Notes under the pieces: generated by a model
The model's database searches: none
Seen by the model: the letters and a program-made list of their open reading frames with translations, nothing else
What the model was told of the DNA's origin: nothing
Shown here: positions 46,349-57,368 of the stretch, piece after piece
Layout of the letters: the number at the start of each line of letters is the position of its first letter
Position numbering within the stretch: the stretch's first letter is position 1
NCBI GenBank assembly: GCA_913060875.1
Contig: CAJXSL010000021.1
Span: forward strand, 15,017 to 79,016
From: an uncultured Desulfobacteraceae bacterium
GTDB lineage: Bacteria; Desulfobacterota; Desulfobacteria; Desulfobacterales; UBA5852
Direction of reading: 5' to 3'
DNA length: 64,000 nucleotides
Program-made: the position numbers and the translations under genes

Positions 46349-47701
46349 ATGAGCCTTGCTCCGCGAAAGTCGGCCCTTGCCATTCTGCTGGATATCGACC
46401 AGGGCGGCCGCACCCTGGACCAGCATATGGATCGCTTCCATACCGAAAGCCGTTTCGAACGCCGTGATGAAGCTTTCGTCAACGCCCTGGTCTATGGCGT
46501 CCTGCGCTGGCGGGGCCGGCTGGACTGGATCATCCAGGCCGTCGCATCGAAACCCCCGGCCAAAATGGATCCCGGTGTCCTGAATATCCTCAGGATGGGT
46601 CTCTACCAGATCATCTTCATGGACCGTGTGCCGAAATCAGCGGCGGTCAACACGTCGGTTGACCTGGCCAAATCGCTCAACAAAAAATGGTTGACCGGTT
46701 TCGTCAACGCGGTGCTTCGCAATGCGCTGCGAAGCCTGCCGGAAATCGCCTTCCCTTCAGTTGAGAACGATCCGGTGGGAGCCCTGGCCGCCGGTCAGTC
46801 CATGCCCAAATGGCTGACAAAACGCTGGGTCCATCAGTTCGGCCAAAAGGAGGCCGCCGCCCTGTGTGCGGTCTGCAATCAAGTTCCCCCGCTGACCCTG
46901 CGCACCAACACCCTTGGAACCGATCAAGCATCCCTCATAAAGACGCTGCAACCTTTCGCCGCAAAGGTCCGCCCATCAACGTATACACCGGAGGGTATTC
47001 TTCTGGACGGTCTGAAAGGGCCGATTTTTTCTAGTGATGCTTACAAAAATGGATGGTTCCAGGTGCAGGACGAGGCGGCCCAGGCCGTCAGCCATCTCCT
47101 GGCCCCACAGCCGGGCCAAACAGTTCTGGACGCCTGTGCCGGCCTGGGGGGCAAAACCGCCCACATCGCAGCGTTGATGAACAATGTCGGCCGTATCACG
47201 GCCACGGACCGTGATGCCGGCAAGCTTCACACGCTCGGCCTGGAAATGAGGCGCCTGGGGATCGATATCGTATCAACCCAATCATCCGACCTCCAAAAAG
47301 CCGTAGTTTCCGACCCGAACGAATCCTATGATCGCGTTCTGCTGGACGCCCCCTGTTCAGGTCTTGGGGTGATTCGGCGCAACCCGGATGCCAAGTGGTC
47401 GCGATCGCCACAGGACATTGAGCGTTGTGCCCGGCGGCAAACCCGCTTGCTCTTAAATCTTGCCCCTCGCGTAAAACCTGGCGGTCTGCTGGTGTATGCC
47501 GTTTGCAGCACCGAACCTGAAGAAACCCAGGCGGTCATCGATTCGTTTTTGAACAAACAGACTGATTTTGCTATAGACCAAGATCTCACCGACTTACCGT
47601 CTATAATGAACCCTCTGTTGGACAGCCAAAGCAGGCTGTCGACACTGCCCCACAAGCATGCAACCGATGGGTTCTTTGCGGTGCGATTGCGCCGTCAATA
47701 A
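46349..47701 (+). CDS. rsmB: 16S rRNA (cytosine967-C5)-methyltransferase
   Basis: N-terminal NusB-like domain. It has ..VLDACAGLGGKT.. and ..DAPCSGLGVIRRNPD..VYAVCS. Confidence 0.9.
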   Translation: MSLAPRKSALAILLDIDQGGRTLDQHMDRFHTESRFERRDEAFVNALVYGVLRWRGRLDWIIQAVASKPPAKMDPGVLNILRMGLYQIIFMDRVPKSAAVNTSVDLAKSLNKKWLTGFVNAVLRNALRSLPEIAFPSVENDPVGALAAGQSMPKWLTKRWVHQFGQKEAAALCAVCNQVPPLTLRTNTLGTDQASLIKTLQPFAAKVRPSTYTPEGILLDGLKGPIFSSDAYKNGWFQVQDEAAQAVSHLLAPQPGQTVLDACAGLGGKTAHIAALMNNVGRITATDRDAGKLHTLGLEMRRLGIDIVSTQSSDLQKAVVSDPNESYDRVLLDAPCSGLGVIRRNPDAKWSRSPQDIERCARRQTRLLLNLAPRVKPGGLLVYAVCSTEPEETQAVIDSFLNKQTDFAIDQDLTDLPSIMNPLLDSQSRLSTLPHKHATDGFFAVRLRRQ

Positions 47702-47724
47702 ATGATATTGAAAGGAAACAAAAA

Positions 47725-48381
47725 ATGAAATTGATCGCGCCGTCCATTCTGTCAGCCGATTTCGCGCGCCTCGGTGAAGAGATTCAAGCGGTTGAAGCGG
47801 CCGGGGCCGACTGGATTCATGTGGATGTCATGGATGGACATTTCGTACCCAACATCACCATCGGCCCCCTTGTGGTGGAGGCCGCCCGTCGATCCACCCA
47901 ACTGCCCCTGGACGTCCACCTCATGATCGAAAACCCGGATCGTTACATCGAGGATTTTGTGAAGGCAGGTGCCGACCTGGTGGCGGTTCAGGTGGAAACC
48001 TGCATGCATCTGCATCGGACCGTGCAACTGATTCGGGAATGCGGTGCCCGACCCGGTGTGGTTCTCAATCCGACCACGCCCCTCACCAGCATCGACTGGA
48101 TCCTGGAGGATGTGGATTTCGTCATGTTGATGAGTGTCAACCCGGGGTTTGGCGGACAAAAGTTCATCCCCAGCACCTTGGGGAAAATGCGGCAATTGCG
48201 ATCCATGATCGATGAGCGCGGATTATCAACCCTGATCGAAATCGACGGGGGCGTTAACCCAACCACCATCGGTGATATTGCCGCGGCCGGGGCCGATGTC
48301 TTCGTGGCCGGTTCGGCCATCTACGGCACATCCGACTATGCGGCTACCATCAAGGAATTTCGGCAAATCATCGGCACCTAA
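47725..48381 (+). CDS. rpe: ribulose-phosphate 3-epimerase
   Basis: It has APSILSADF..HVDVMDGHFVPN..MSVNPGFGGQKF..DGG. Confidence 0.95.
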   Translation: MKLIAPSILSADFARLGEEIQAVEAAGADWIHVDVMDGHFVPNITIGPLVVEAARRSTQLPLDVHLMIENPDRYIEDFVKAGADLVAVQVETCMHLHRTVQLIRECGARPGVVLNPTTPLTSIDWILEDVDFVMLMSVNPGFGGQKFIPSTLGKMRQLRSMIDERGLSTLIEIDGGVNPTTIGDIAAAGADVFVAGSAIYGTSDYAATIKEFRQIIGT

Positions 48382-48510
48382 GGCCTTTCGATTGTCCACC
48401 CTTCAATAAACCTGGATGAGGAATCAGCCAACTTGCCAACGGGGGCTGCAAGCCATATGATTTGAAAAAGCCAATGCAGCCCTCGTCGGGTCCAAAGGAA
48501 AGGCCAGCCA

Positions 48511-49065
48511 ATGCCGGCGACAAATTTTTACCATCGGCACCCCCTTCTTAACTCCTATCTGCTCTCTTTTCTCACCTTTTCCCTGCTGCTGCCCCCCTTT
48601 GCCCATCTTGCCATCGCTTCCATGACTGATCTCGAAAAACGCCAACGCGTCAAGAACATGTATACCGATTATCGAAAGGATTTTCCCGGCGTTCCCGAAA
48701 TCGATGCAGAGGCGGCCATCTCCCTGCTATCAGATCCGAATGTTGTTTTTGTGGATGTCCGTAAACCCAAAGAGCAGGCCGTCTCCATGATTCCAGGAGC
48801 GATCGGCGACAAGCAATTCAGAGCAAATCTGAACCGGTACCGCGACAAACGCATCATTGTCTATTGCACCATCAGCTATCGCAGCGGTAAACTGGCAGCC
48901 AAACTCGCGCGCAAGGGTGTGACGGTCATCAATTTAAGGGGGGGACTCTTAGGATGGGTGCATGCTGGTGGGCCGCTCGCCCGTGGGCAGCAACCGGTGA
49001 ATAAGCTCCATGTATATGGGCGCAAATGGGATCTGGCACCCTCTGACATCGAAACCGTTTATTGA
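48511..49065 (+). CDS. rhodanese-like domain protein with signal peptide
   Basis: It has ..VFVDVRKPKEQ..IPGAI.. and the IIVYCTISYRSG active-site loop. Confidence 0.75.
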   Translation: MPATNFYHRHPLLNSYLLSFLTFSLLLPPFAHLAIASMTDLEKRQRVKNMYTDYRKDFPGVPEIDAEAAISLLSDPNVVFVDVRKPKEQAVSMIPGAIGDKQFRANLNRYRDKRIIVYCTISYRSGKLAAKLARKGVTVINLRGGLLGWVHAGGPLARGQQPVNKLHVYGRKWDLAPSDIETVY

Positions 49066-49284
49066 TCTTTTTCAAGTGTCTGTAGTCACAACTCAACTGG
49101 AAACCACTGGCACCATTGGTCCTGTGATCGGCCAAAAGAGAAAAAGCCTCCTTCCCCGACATTCTCTATATATCGGTAGCGTCAAAAATCGTTCGTCCCA
49201 AGGAATAGCGCCACATCTTCCATCAAGATCATTACCAGGAAGCGGCACCGTCCACCTTATTCCAACACCGTAATTGCATGATTC

Positions 49285-50226
49285 TCATCGGTCAGAATTA
49301 TTTTCGAGAAGGCGGCTACTCAGAACATAGGAGCAACATAGTAACAAAATTAGATTTATAACAGTTGAAAAGCAGCGGTCAAACACCACGACCAAGGCGC
49401 TTAATCCGAAGGAATTCCCCATTAAATAGCTAATACCACCGATAATCCCTTCCCGAACCCCAAGGCCACCGGGCAGGATATTGACAAAACTTGATAGAAC
49501 GCTGGCGCCTGCGAATATCAAACATAACAAGAAGTTTATTTCATTTGAAAATATTGCAAATATAATCCAAAATCGTAAGGATATTAAACATATAAATATT
49601 ACTTGAATTCCAATTATGCGCACAAGCAATCTTTTGTTTTCTCTTAAGATTGACCATCCATTTTGAACATTATCGATTACCTTCGTGACATGGTGTGGTA
49701 AAAATCTATACTTCAGTGGGGCCCATTGAATGGCGATTGAAAAAGACATTAATATAAAGCCAACGATCAAATACAAAGATATTTGTACATCATAAAAAAT
49801 GGATAAAAGGAACAAGCTTATCAAACTTGTAATTCCATTCACGGAAAGGAAACAGGCAAATAATGCTACAGTCGCTGGTAAATAATGGCTAAATTGCAAC
49901 TGATAGCGCTTCTTCAAGTAAAGCCCCTTTGCAAATAACCCCCCAGATAACGGCAATAAATTACCAATTGTATTGAGAACGGCAATACTAATGCCTTCTA
50001 TTAATGACAATGGCGCATTTAAATTGCGGTAAAATTGAGTATTAATTAGACCTCGCGCAAATACAGAGCAAACAACCAGGAAGGTTAAGAGAAAGGATTG
50101 ACTGAATGACAGATCAAAAATTATCGCCAACTGATCAAAGTCAATTAATACAAAGTATAGAACTGTAGCAATAAAGATTATAAGGATAAAGTAATTATAC
50201 AAAATTCTAAAGTTCGTTATTGCCAT
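49285..50226 (-). CDS. UPF0104 / lysyl-PG-synthase-TM-type (flippase-like) membrane protein
   Basis: 313 aa, polytopic. It has the NILPGGLGVREGIIGG signature. AT-rich codon usage. Confidence 0.7.
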   Translation of the reverse strand: MAITNFRILYNYFILIIFIATVLYFVLIDFDQLAIIFDLSFSQSFLLTFLVVCSVFARGLINTQFYRNLNAPLSLIEGISIAVLNTIGNLLPLSGGLFAKGLYLKKRYQLQFSHYLPATVALFACFLSVNGITSLISLFLLSIFYDVQISLYLIVGFILMSFSIAIQWAPLKYRFLPHHVTKVIDNVQNGWSILRENKRLLVRIIGIQVIFICLISLRFWIIFAIFSNEINFLLCLIFAGASVLSSFVNILPGGLGVREGIIGGISYLMGNSFGLSALVVVFDRCFSTVINLILLLCCSYVLSSRLLENNSDR

Positions 50227-51125
50227 TACTCTACGCTAGAATAACCAAGTCTTTGCTTAAGCATAAGCATTTTGGATTCCAAAATCGCATGAATAGGCTG
50301 CGGTTCAATGGTTTTTATTCCGTATTCATGCTGAAAAGATGAATTCACTTTATGCATTAATAAATTTTTAAGTTTATAAACATATGTCTCATGTGACAAT
50401 TCAGGAATAATTTTGCCCAGAAATCTTGACAATTCTTCCTGGTCCTGGTCAATAAACAATTTTTCAAATTTAAAAATGGATGTTTTGTTAGGAAATTCAG
50501 CATTTAAATCACAAAATAGTTGATTCAAGAAACACCAGGTCCAATAAATCTTATCCGAGATAGTAAACTGGCTCCATTGGGATAACTCAATACCAATATT
50601 CGCCGGGGTAAGTCGCTTAAGCCCTAATATGTTAATCTTATACATATTATCTTTATCCCCGAATAGCCCTCTTCTCAACCATGAGGATGCCCACGCGTTC
50701 GGTTCACGTACGATAAAAACCACTTGACTATTTGGAAAATTTAATAGTTCACGTGTTAATCCAAAAAGCTGAAAGTTACACTCAACATAGGTATCATAAC
50801 CACTAGGAATCCATGTTCGATCCCTAATTATTCTTTTTATGACACCATCTGCATCGATTTGTTTTCTTAGTCGTTTTAATGAATAATTTCTAGTCCCGGA
50901 AACTCCCAATGCCTTTAAAAGTGTAAGTTTTATGACCCCCTGTTTGGCACATCTTCTTAGTGCCTCTTTAAGACTAAGAGTGTGAAGATCGATTTTATCA
51001 GGTTCATGTACCGCATAACAATTGGGAAGTAATTTGGGAATCGCTATGGATAAAAATTGTGTCCCTGTGCGACCAGCGGAAACGATAAATATTTTTTTTA
51101 ACCTCTTAAATTCTTCGGCATGCAT
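50226..51125 (-). CDS. putative sulfotransferase family protein
   Basis: KIFIVSAGRTGTQFL is a PAPS 5'-phosphosulfate-loop-like motif. FIVREPNAWASSWL is an RxPxxxxxS-like 3'-phosphate motif. Its stop overlaps the downstream start (TAATG). Confidence 0.5.
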   Translation of the reverse strand: MHAEEFKRLKKIFIVSAGRTGTQFLSIAIPKLLPNCYAVHEPDKIDLHTLSLKEALRRCAKQGVIKLTLLKALGVSGTRNYSLKRLRKQIDADGVIKRIIRDRTWIPSGYDTYVECNFQLFGLTRELLNFPNSQVVFIVREPNAWASSWLRRGLFGDKDNMYKINILGLKRLTPANIGIELSQWSQFTISDKIYWTWCFLNQLFCDLNAEFPNKTSIFKFEKLFIDQDQEELSRFLGKIIPELSHETYVYKLKNLLMHKVNSSFQHEYGIKTIEPQPIHAILESKMLMLKQRLGYSSVE

Positions 51126-51294
51126 AATAAACTCTGTTGTGAGATCGGCATTTCTATAAAATTTCTATAGTGTTAGACAGTTGCGCCTATGCCCGCCAGC
51201 TCAAACCACTTTTAAACCTTATCCATAACAGATGCTTTCAAATCCGTATTGCCAAGAAAACAATTGATATCGCCTAAATTTGATTTCCTGTTTT

Positions 51295-52377
51295 TCAGCT
51301 GTAGCCTTTCCTAATTAAGCAGTCCACAATTTTTTTTGACGGTGATATCGACGAACCTTCTTGTTTATCAGCAATCGTTTTCCAGTTAATAAATTTCTCG
51401 GTGATGTGCTTATCAAATCCCCAAAGCATCGCATTGATGCCAATTCCATCTTTTCGTTCTGTTTTATTCCTGATAATCAAGCACTTCTTGTTCAAAAAGG
51501 CGCATTCTTCTTGTATACTTCCGCCATCGGTTAATACCATTTCTGATGAAGTAACCAAATTTAAAAACTCCGGGTAATCCAACATACTTTTAATCATAAT
51601 ATTTTCATGTAGTTTTTCATTTAATTCAAATTTTTTTAAATATTTGATGGTTGGTTTGTGTACGACAAACACAACAAGCATTTTTTTTGCGACTTGATTG
51701 AGCAAATCAACAACCTCTGACAATCTCGCTCGGTCAGATATTGTTTCCAGTCTATGGCAGGTTGCAACAGCATACTTTTCTTTGTTATGTTTTTGGGGCT
51801 CATTTTTTTTAATGTAACGAATAGCGTCTATAACCGTGTTGCCCTCAACAAAAATTTTTGCACCTCTTACGTTAAGTTTCTTTAAATTTTCAAAAGCATC
51901 TCTTGATGGGGCAAACAATATTTTAGAGAAACGCATGCAAATCATGCGAATGATTTCCTCGGGAAATGGATCAAACCAATTGTAGCTTCTCAATCCAGCT
52001 TCAACATGACAGACTCTGACTCTAGCCAAAACTGCCATGAAGGCACCCAAAAGTGTGCTGATGGTATCACCGTGAATTAGACAAATACCTTTTTCGGGGA
52101 AAACATAATTTTTTAACCACTTTCTGTCCAAACTACTTTTAATTATATTTGTCAAAAACCAATGGATCGCCTTTGATATACTTGTAATATCTTTTGTTCT
52201 CGAATTGAGTGAAATATTAGGTTCCGCAATTTTGAATACCTTCCGCAATTCCCTCGTCAACTCAGCATGTTGACCGGAATCAATATAATTATAAGATATA
52301 CCTCGATTCTGGAGTTCCATAATTATCGGAACCATCTTAATAAATTGTGCCTTTGTACCAACAAATATGTGAATCAC
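51295..52377 (-). CDS. UDP-N-acetylglucosamine 2-epimerase-like protein
   Basis: It has IHIFVGTKAQFIKMVPI.., ..LIHGDTIST.. and ..HVEAGLRS.., as in the WecB family. 360 aa. Confidence 0.7.
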   Translation of the reverse strand: MIHIFVGTKAQFIKMVPIIMELQNRGISYNYIDSGQHAELTRELRKVFKIAEPNISLNSRTKDITSISKAIHWFLTNIIKSSLDRKWLKNYVFPEKGICLIHGDTISTLLGAFMAVLARVRVCHVEAGLRSYNWFDPFPEEIIRMICMRFSKILFAPSRDAFENLKKLNVRGAKIFVEGNTVIDAIRYIKKNEPQKHNKEKYAVATCHRLETISDRARLSEVVDLLNQVAKKMLVVFVVHKPTIKYLKKFELNEKLHENIMIKSMLDYPEFLNLVTSSEMVLTDGGSIQEECAFLNKKCLIIRNKTERKDGIGINAMLWGFDKHITEKFINWKTIADKQEGSSISPSKKIVDCLIRKGYS

Positions 52378-52445
52378 AAAATACCTCTAATTTTTTAGCA
52401 GCGTCTTCCTTCAAAATAAATGTCAACGGATACAGAATTTATTCC

Positions 52446-53327
52446 TCAATTATCGCGATCAGGAAATTTTTCACTTCTTTCATACACAATTTGACATATT
52501 TGTTCAGAGACCAACCCAATCATAAAAACGATGATTGCGGTTGTGAACATAAGGGCGCTCATATTAGTGAATCGTCCCCAAGAGATATAAGTATATAAGT
52601 AATAGCATAATCCGGTGACAAAAGTTAAAGCACTTACTGGCAGGAAAATTCTAAAAGGTGAAAAAAGTGTACAAATCTTGGTGATGATCAAAAAAAATCG
52701 GATACCATCTCTAAAAACTTTTATATTGCTTTTCCCACCTCGACGAGTTGACACATCAATATCCAAGTATTTCAGAGATCGTCCGGTTCGCAATATATAT
52801 AGAGTTGATGTCGTCGGATAGGAATACCGATTCGGCAAAAGGTATAAAAAACGATTTGCCACAGAAGATCTTACACACCGGAATCCAGAAGTCAGGTCTT
52901 TGACTTTAAACTTTGCGACATACGATGCGACCATATTGCATAAGAAATTTCCAACCCCTCTAAAAAGAGAAGCCTGCTGTTCCATTGATCTTGCTCCAAC
53001 TACCATGTCGTATTCAGATAAAGCATCGATCATGGGAGCAATATCCTTCGGGTTATGCTGTCCATCGGCATCCATGAAAACAAGGACATTGCCTTTTGCA
53101 TTTCGAATTCCCGTCTTAACGGCGGCACCGTTCCCGATATTATATGGATGCCTGAAAGGCTTCGCTCCCGCTTTTTTAGCAGTCTGAAACGTCGCATCAT
53201 TCGATCCATCATCGACGACAATAATTTCATACGCAGGATATTGAGCTCTAATTTCAGCAACGATTGAACCAATTGTCTGGGCCTCATTATAACAAGGAAG
53301 GATAATTGAAACGGACGATTCTGTCAT
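52446..53327 (-). CDS. GT2 polyprenyl-phosphate glycosyltransferase (GtrB/Dpm1/ArnC-like) with C-terminal TM helices
   Basis: It has VSIILPCYNEAQTI..VVDDGSNDAT..FMDADGQH. There are two C-terminal TM segments. Confidence 0.8.
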   Translation of the reverse strand: MTESSVSIILPCYNEAQTIGSIVAEIRAQYPAYEIIVVDDGSNDATFQTAKKAGAKPFRHPYNIGNGAAVKTGIRNAKGNVLVFMDADGQHNPKDIAPMIDALSEYDMVVGARSMEQQASLFRGVGNFLCNMVASYVAKFKVKDLTSGFRCVRSSVANRFLYLLPNRYSYPTTSTLYILRTGRSLKYLDIDVSTRRGGKSNIKVFRDGIRFFLIITKICTLFSPFRIFLPVSALTFVTGLCYYLYTYISWGRFTNMSALMFTTAIIVFMIGLVSEQICQIVYERSEKFPDRDN

Positions 53328-53362
53328 GATTTGACACCCTATATTCTGATTAAGCGGCCTCT

Positions 53363-55108
53363 TCAGTTATGAAAAATGGGGTCGTCGTCTAAGCCGTATA
53401 AGCCGAAACCATTCATTTCTTCAATTTTATGTGTGTGATATTGCAAGAAAGTATTTAGTTTTAAAATATCAGATGGCTCTAATTTCATTCTTAACCAGTT
53501 TTGGTAAAGATCCAGGCGCACCATCAGGTGCGTTATCTTTTTTTTATTTAAATGCTGTAATATATCATATGCGTTTTCTGAATCTGCCACAGCATTTAAC
53601 AACAACCCTTCATTAAAGGTTATGTCCCGATCAAAATAGTACATCCTTTGCCCGAGAAATAGCCCCAGTAGGACAGCATCCGGAGCCAATCGTTCATTGA
53701 CGTATTTGATAAGTGGGTACTCGGGACGCCGTTTAGTAATATACTCATCGCTTGACACTTTTCCGCTGACATACCCCATTGGCTGTACTTTTCGGATCCG
53801 TTCAGCCATGTAATTGGCATTATATCCAATCATCACGATCACAGCCATGCTTAAAAGTATCGTATAGAAGTATTTAAAGCCAACGGCATCTGTTTTACGA
53901 ATATAGTCCCATGAGCGATATATACCCATCATGCTCAGCACAACAATCGCTGGAAGTGCAGGAACAAGATATCGGATTCTGATTGGAGCGGTGAAAAACG
54001 CCATCAAAATAAAAATTGCACTAAACCAAAACCAAATGTGTTGTTCCGCTCGCAACTTAACCGTCATCGTTCCCACAGGTAAAATTCCAACGATTAAGAA
54101 CACGAGTAAAAATGGGTTAAGTTTGCCGTCAAAGTAGCGTGGACTGTCGTCACGACCTTCATAAAAAATTCTCAGAGGCATCAATGCCATATAACCCAAT
54201 GATTCCTTGAAAACCAAATGGCGGACAGTCATCGTACCGGATGTGTCTTGGACCATTGTTGATGTCCTGCTCCATTCGACGCCTTGTTTGTCATCCGCAT
54301 TGAACACCTGCTTAAACATCGGGTAGATAGGATTATTTTTCATAACCATGTTGCGAATCATCCAAGGAGAGAATACAGACAAAGAAATGACAGCAAAACA
54401 AATGGTGGCGTTCAGAACCGGCAGCATAGCCTGCTTGTTACCGATAGTTGAGGCTTGAATATTTTCCCGCCTAAAATCCTTCTTTTTCGTTCCCTCTCTC
54501 GACCGAATGAATGGTACCATTAGGCACAGTATAGCGAAGATCAAAAGCGCATTATATTTCGTTCCCAGCGAAAGTCCGCACCATACCCCGCTCCACATCA
54601 AGTGCCGCGTTTTGAATTCTGAATCTACCCAGCGAATCAGCATATAAATGGATGCAAATCCAAAAAAAGCCACTCCCAGATCAACATAGACTTCTGACGC
54701 CAACCGAACGACAATCGGTGTGGAAAGCCAGAGCAATGCTCCCATCAAACCGAACACTGCGCTCATTCGGGTCTTCAAATATTTGTACATCAACCAGGCA
54801 GTCAATAATCCGAAGACCAGATGAATGAACTTCGGCAGTATATCGTTTCCGAAAGCAAGCGCAGCAAGGTAAAGTAAATCCAGATTCATTGGATAGTATG
54901 AAAAGGGAATATTCGGGAGCTCTACTAAACCGCCATGTTTTAAATACAGCTTAGGCAGTGCGAGATGATGGGTAAGCGCATCGCGGCTTACGGGAGGGAC
55001 ACTAGCGGTTAACACAATCCCACCAATCAGAACAAAAAGCGCAAGTAATACACACCAATAAACCGCCTGTTGTGCTTTATTGGTGCTATGTTTTAACCAA
55101 TGTCCCAT
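53363..55108 (-). CDS. GT-C fold membrane glycosyltransferase (ArnT/PMT_2-like)
   Basis: 581 aa. It has about 11 TM segments followed by a soluble C-terminal domain. The first loop reads PVSRDALTHHLALPKLY. Confidence 0.6.
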   Translation of the reverse strand: MGHWLKHSTNKAQQAVYWCVLLALFVLIGGIVLTASVPPVSRDALTHHLALPKLYLKHGGLVELPNIPFSYYPMNLDLLYLAALAFGNDILPKFIHLVFGLLTAWLMYKYLKTRMSAVFGLMGALLWLSTPIVVRLASEVYVDLGVAFFGFASIYMLIRWVDSEFKTRHLMWSGVWCGLSLGTKYNALLIFAILCLMVPFIRSREGTKKKDFRRENIQASTIGNKQAMLPVLNATICFAVISLSVFSPWMIRNMVMKNNPIYPMFKQVFNADDKQGVEWSRTSTMVQDTSGTMTVRHLVFKESLGYMALMPLRIFYEGRDDSPRYFDGKLNPFLLVFLIVGILPVGTMTVKLRAEQHIWFWFSAIFILMAFFTAPIRIRYLVPALPAIVVLSMMGIYRSWDYIRKTDAVGFKYFYTILLSMAVIVMIGYNANYMAERIRKVQPMGYVSGKVSSDEYITKRRPEYPLIKYVNERLAPDAVLLGLFLGQRMYYFDRDITFNEGLLLNAVADSENAYDILQHLNKKKITHLMVRLDLYQNWLRMKLEPSDILKLNTFLQYHTHKIEEMNGFGLYGLDDDPIFHN

Positions 55109-55229
55109 CCCTTAATAATCGTCCAGGCATTTATGCCCTGCCATATTAGATGTTCAACAAAATATACGGGTAGGCTTTCGTATTGTTGAGGCGTCCGTTA
55201 TGGGATTTATTCCCTGAATGTGCCGCTCA

Positions 55230-56105
55230 TCAATCTTCATACATATAACGTTCACGCCGCATTACGCTAATTTGATCAACTACCAAACCGAAAAAAAAGA
55301 TCATCAAAGAAGCTAAAAGGCAAAGGAGGGCCCCGTTTGCCAGCGTCAACCGAACCGTGGCAATCACGTATGCAGCATAGGCCACACCCAAGCCAGCCAA
55401 TGCGAAGGAAACCGGAATAAAAATTCTCAAAGGACTGAATAGAATCACCAGTCGTAAAATAAGCATTAGTACCATGAATCCGTGCCTCACCTGTCGTACC
55501 GTACTAGTCCCTATTCTTTTACGTGTTTTAATGGGAACAAACTTGACAAGGAAACCCATTTTCATGGCCGCAACCGTCGACGTGGAAGTAAATGAGAATC
55601 CTTCCGGCATCAGGTGTAAAATTTTTTTAATGAAAGTTCGCCGAAAAACGCGAAGACCGGAATTGATGTCGGAAATCTTTCGCCCAACTATGATATTGGC
55701 AGCCCGTGTCAGAAGCCACTTACCGGGCACTCTAAAAATATCTACACGACTACCGGTTGCCCTTTCACCTATAACCATATCAAGTTCATAGGCTTCATTG
55801 TATAGTAGCAAGAGATCTTCAGGGCGGTGCTGGCCGTCCGAATCGTAGATAGCCAGCAATTCTGTTTCAGCGGCGCGTATTCCGGTTTTCAACGCTGCAC
55901 CGTAACCGCGGTTGTATGGATGGCATATCAACCGCAACCGATCGCTATAATGTTCAAGAATTGCGCCAGTACTATCATCTGAACCGTCGTTCACGACGAT
56001 TAACTGCCAGCCCTTCGATTCGATGTGAGGCAAAAGTTCATCTAATGTTTTACGAATCGCTTTTTCCTCGTTATAGACCGGAATAATGACGGTCATTTTA
56101 CTCAT
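55230..56105 (-). CDS. GT2 polyprenyl-phosphate glycosyltransferase (GtrB/Dpm1/ArnC-like) with C-terminal TM helices
   Basis: It has MTVIIPVYNEEKAI..VVNDGSDDST..YDSDGQH. There are two C-terminal TM segments. ATG 56105 has a GGAG RBS. The ORF is open to 56135. Confidence 0.8.
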   Translation of the reverse strand: MSKMTVIIPVYNEEKAIRKTLDELLPHIESKGWQLIVVNDGSDDSTGAILEHYSDRLRLICHPYNRGYGAALKTGIRAAETELLAIYDSDGQHRPEDLLLLYNEAYELDMVIGERATGSRVDIFRVPGKWLLTRAANIIVGRKISDINSGLRVFRRTFIKKILHLMPEGFSFTSTSTVAAMKMGFLVKFVPIKTRKRIGTSTVRQVRHGFMVLMLILRLVILFSPLRIFIPVSFALAGLGVAYAAYVIATVRLTLANGALLCLLASLMIFFFGLVVDQISVMRRERYMYED

Positions 56106-56241
56106 CAGATGCCACTCCACATATGAGATCGTCAATAAATAAAGGGCAAATTACTATGTTTGCTGTACCTTCCGGGTATTGTCATCTCTCTCGACATGCG
56201 ACAGCCACTTACATACAATTTGGCAGGCGATTATCTATCCA

Positions 56242-57216
56242 TCAGTCCAAGTCTTTTGACTTGGCGATCACCAATTCCTTCCGATGGTTTAGTCGCATCC
56301 AGAAAATTACGCTGATAATACCGACGCAGATAATGTAGACCAAATTGTACAAAAACGCAAAGCTCAGAGCACTGGCAGACGAAATTTCGAAACGCCCGAA
56401 AAGAAATATAAAAACAGCTTCGCGCGTTCCGAATCCGGCTATTGTTATCGGTATAAATCCAATCAAAATAGCGACCGAAACAACCATGGCGATGGTTGAA
56501 AAACCCAGGTCTAACCCTACAGAACGGCCAATTAAATAGGTCTGAAAAAAATAAATACCATAGCTCATAACGGTCAGTAGCAGCATAAATGCAATATCTA
56601 TTGATATAAGGCGTCCGGTGACTTTACTGAAAGTCTCAAATGCATCCGCCCATTTAGTGGTAAGACGGGCGGAAATGGATTCCCTGACCATACTCGAAAC
56701 ATGGCTGGTTCTCCAAAAATAAATTACGAACCAAGGCACGACAGCGACCGTAATGCAGAATATGCTGCCGACCACTGCTGAATTTACTCCAAGTTTCATG
56801 GGATATAAGCTCGTTACAGCAAATATCAACAGACAATATAGATCCAGACAACGATCGGCGAAAATACTGGGTAACGCTTCGCTGAGTGATGCCAAGCCTC
56901 TTTGTTTTAAAAAATATGCCTTGGCAACTTCCCCCAAGCGGCCTGGTGTTATCAACCCAATGTAAATTCCTGCAAAATAAAATGATAAGGCGAATCGAAA
57001 TGGGCAGTGAATACCTTGTCGAGCAAGCATTGTTTGCCAGCGAAAAGCACGCAATCCAACTTGGGGGAGGATCAAGATAATTGCGGCACCAATTAAAATG
57101 GGGTCACTTAACTTGAGTTGGCGCCAGACCTCTTCGAGATCGACATAATAAAGAATAATCGCCAATATCGCCAAGCCAATGAACTGGGAATATTTTCTCC
57201 ATTTCATTTTGGACAT
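56242..57216 (-). CDS. UPF0104 / lysyl-PG-synthase-TM-type (flippase-like) membrane protein
   Basis: 324 aa, polytopic. It has ..GLITPGRLGE.. and ..IAGFGTREAVFIFLF signatures. Confidence 0.7.
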   Translation of the reverse strand: MSKMKWRKYSQFIGLAILAIILYYVDLEEVWRQLKLSDPILIGAAIILILPQVGLRAFRWQTMLARQGIHCPFRFALSFYFAGIYIGLITPGRLGEVAKAYFLKQRGLASLSEALPSIFADRCLDLYCLLIFAVTSLYPMKLGVNSAVVGSIFCITVAVVPWFVIYFWRTSHVSSMVRESISARLTTKWADAFETFSKVTGRLISIDIAFMLLLTVMSYGIYFFQTYLIGRSVGLDLGFSTIAMVVSVAILIGFIPITIAGFGTREAVFIFLFGRFEISSASALSFAFLYNLVYIICVGIISVIFWMRLNHRKELVIAKSKDLD

Positions 57217-57368
57217 TGATTTTCCATTGATGAATCAGTAAAATTCATGTTGCACCAGAGCAAAGGTAACAACGTGATGCCTAGTTTTAGCAAAGCATAT
57301 GGGACAGGCCAAACCCATGTACGATTCGTTTGCTCATACCGCTCACTTCTATAAATAGCACCATCCTA

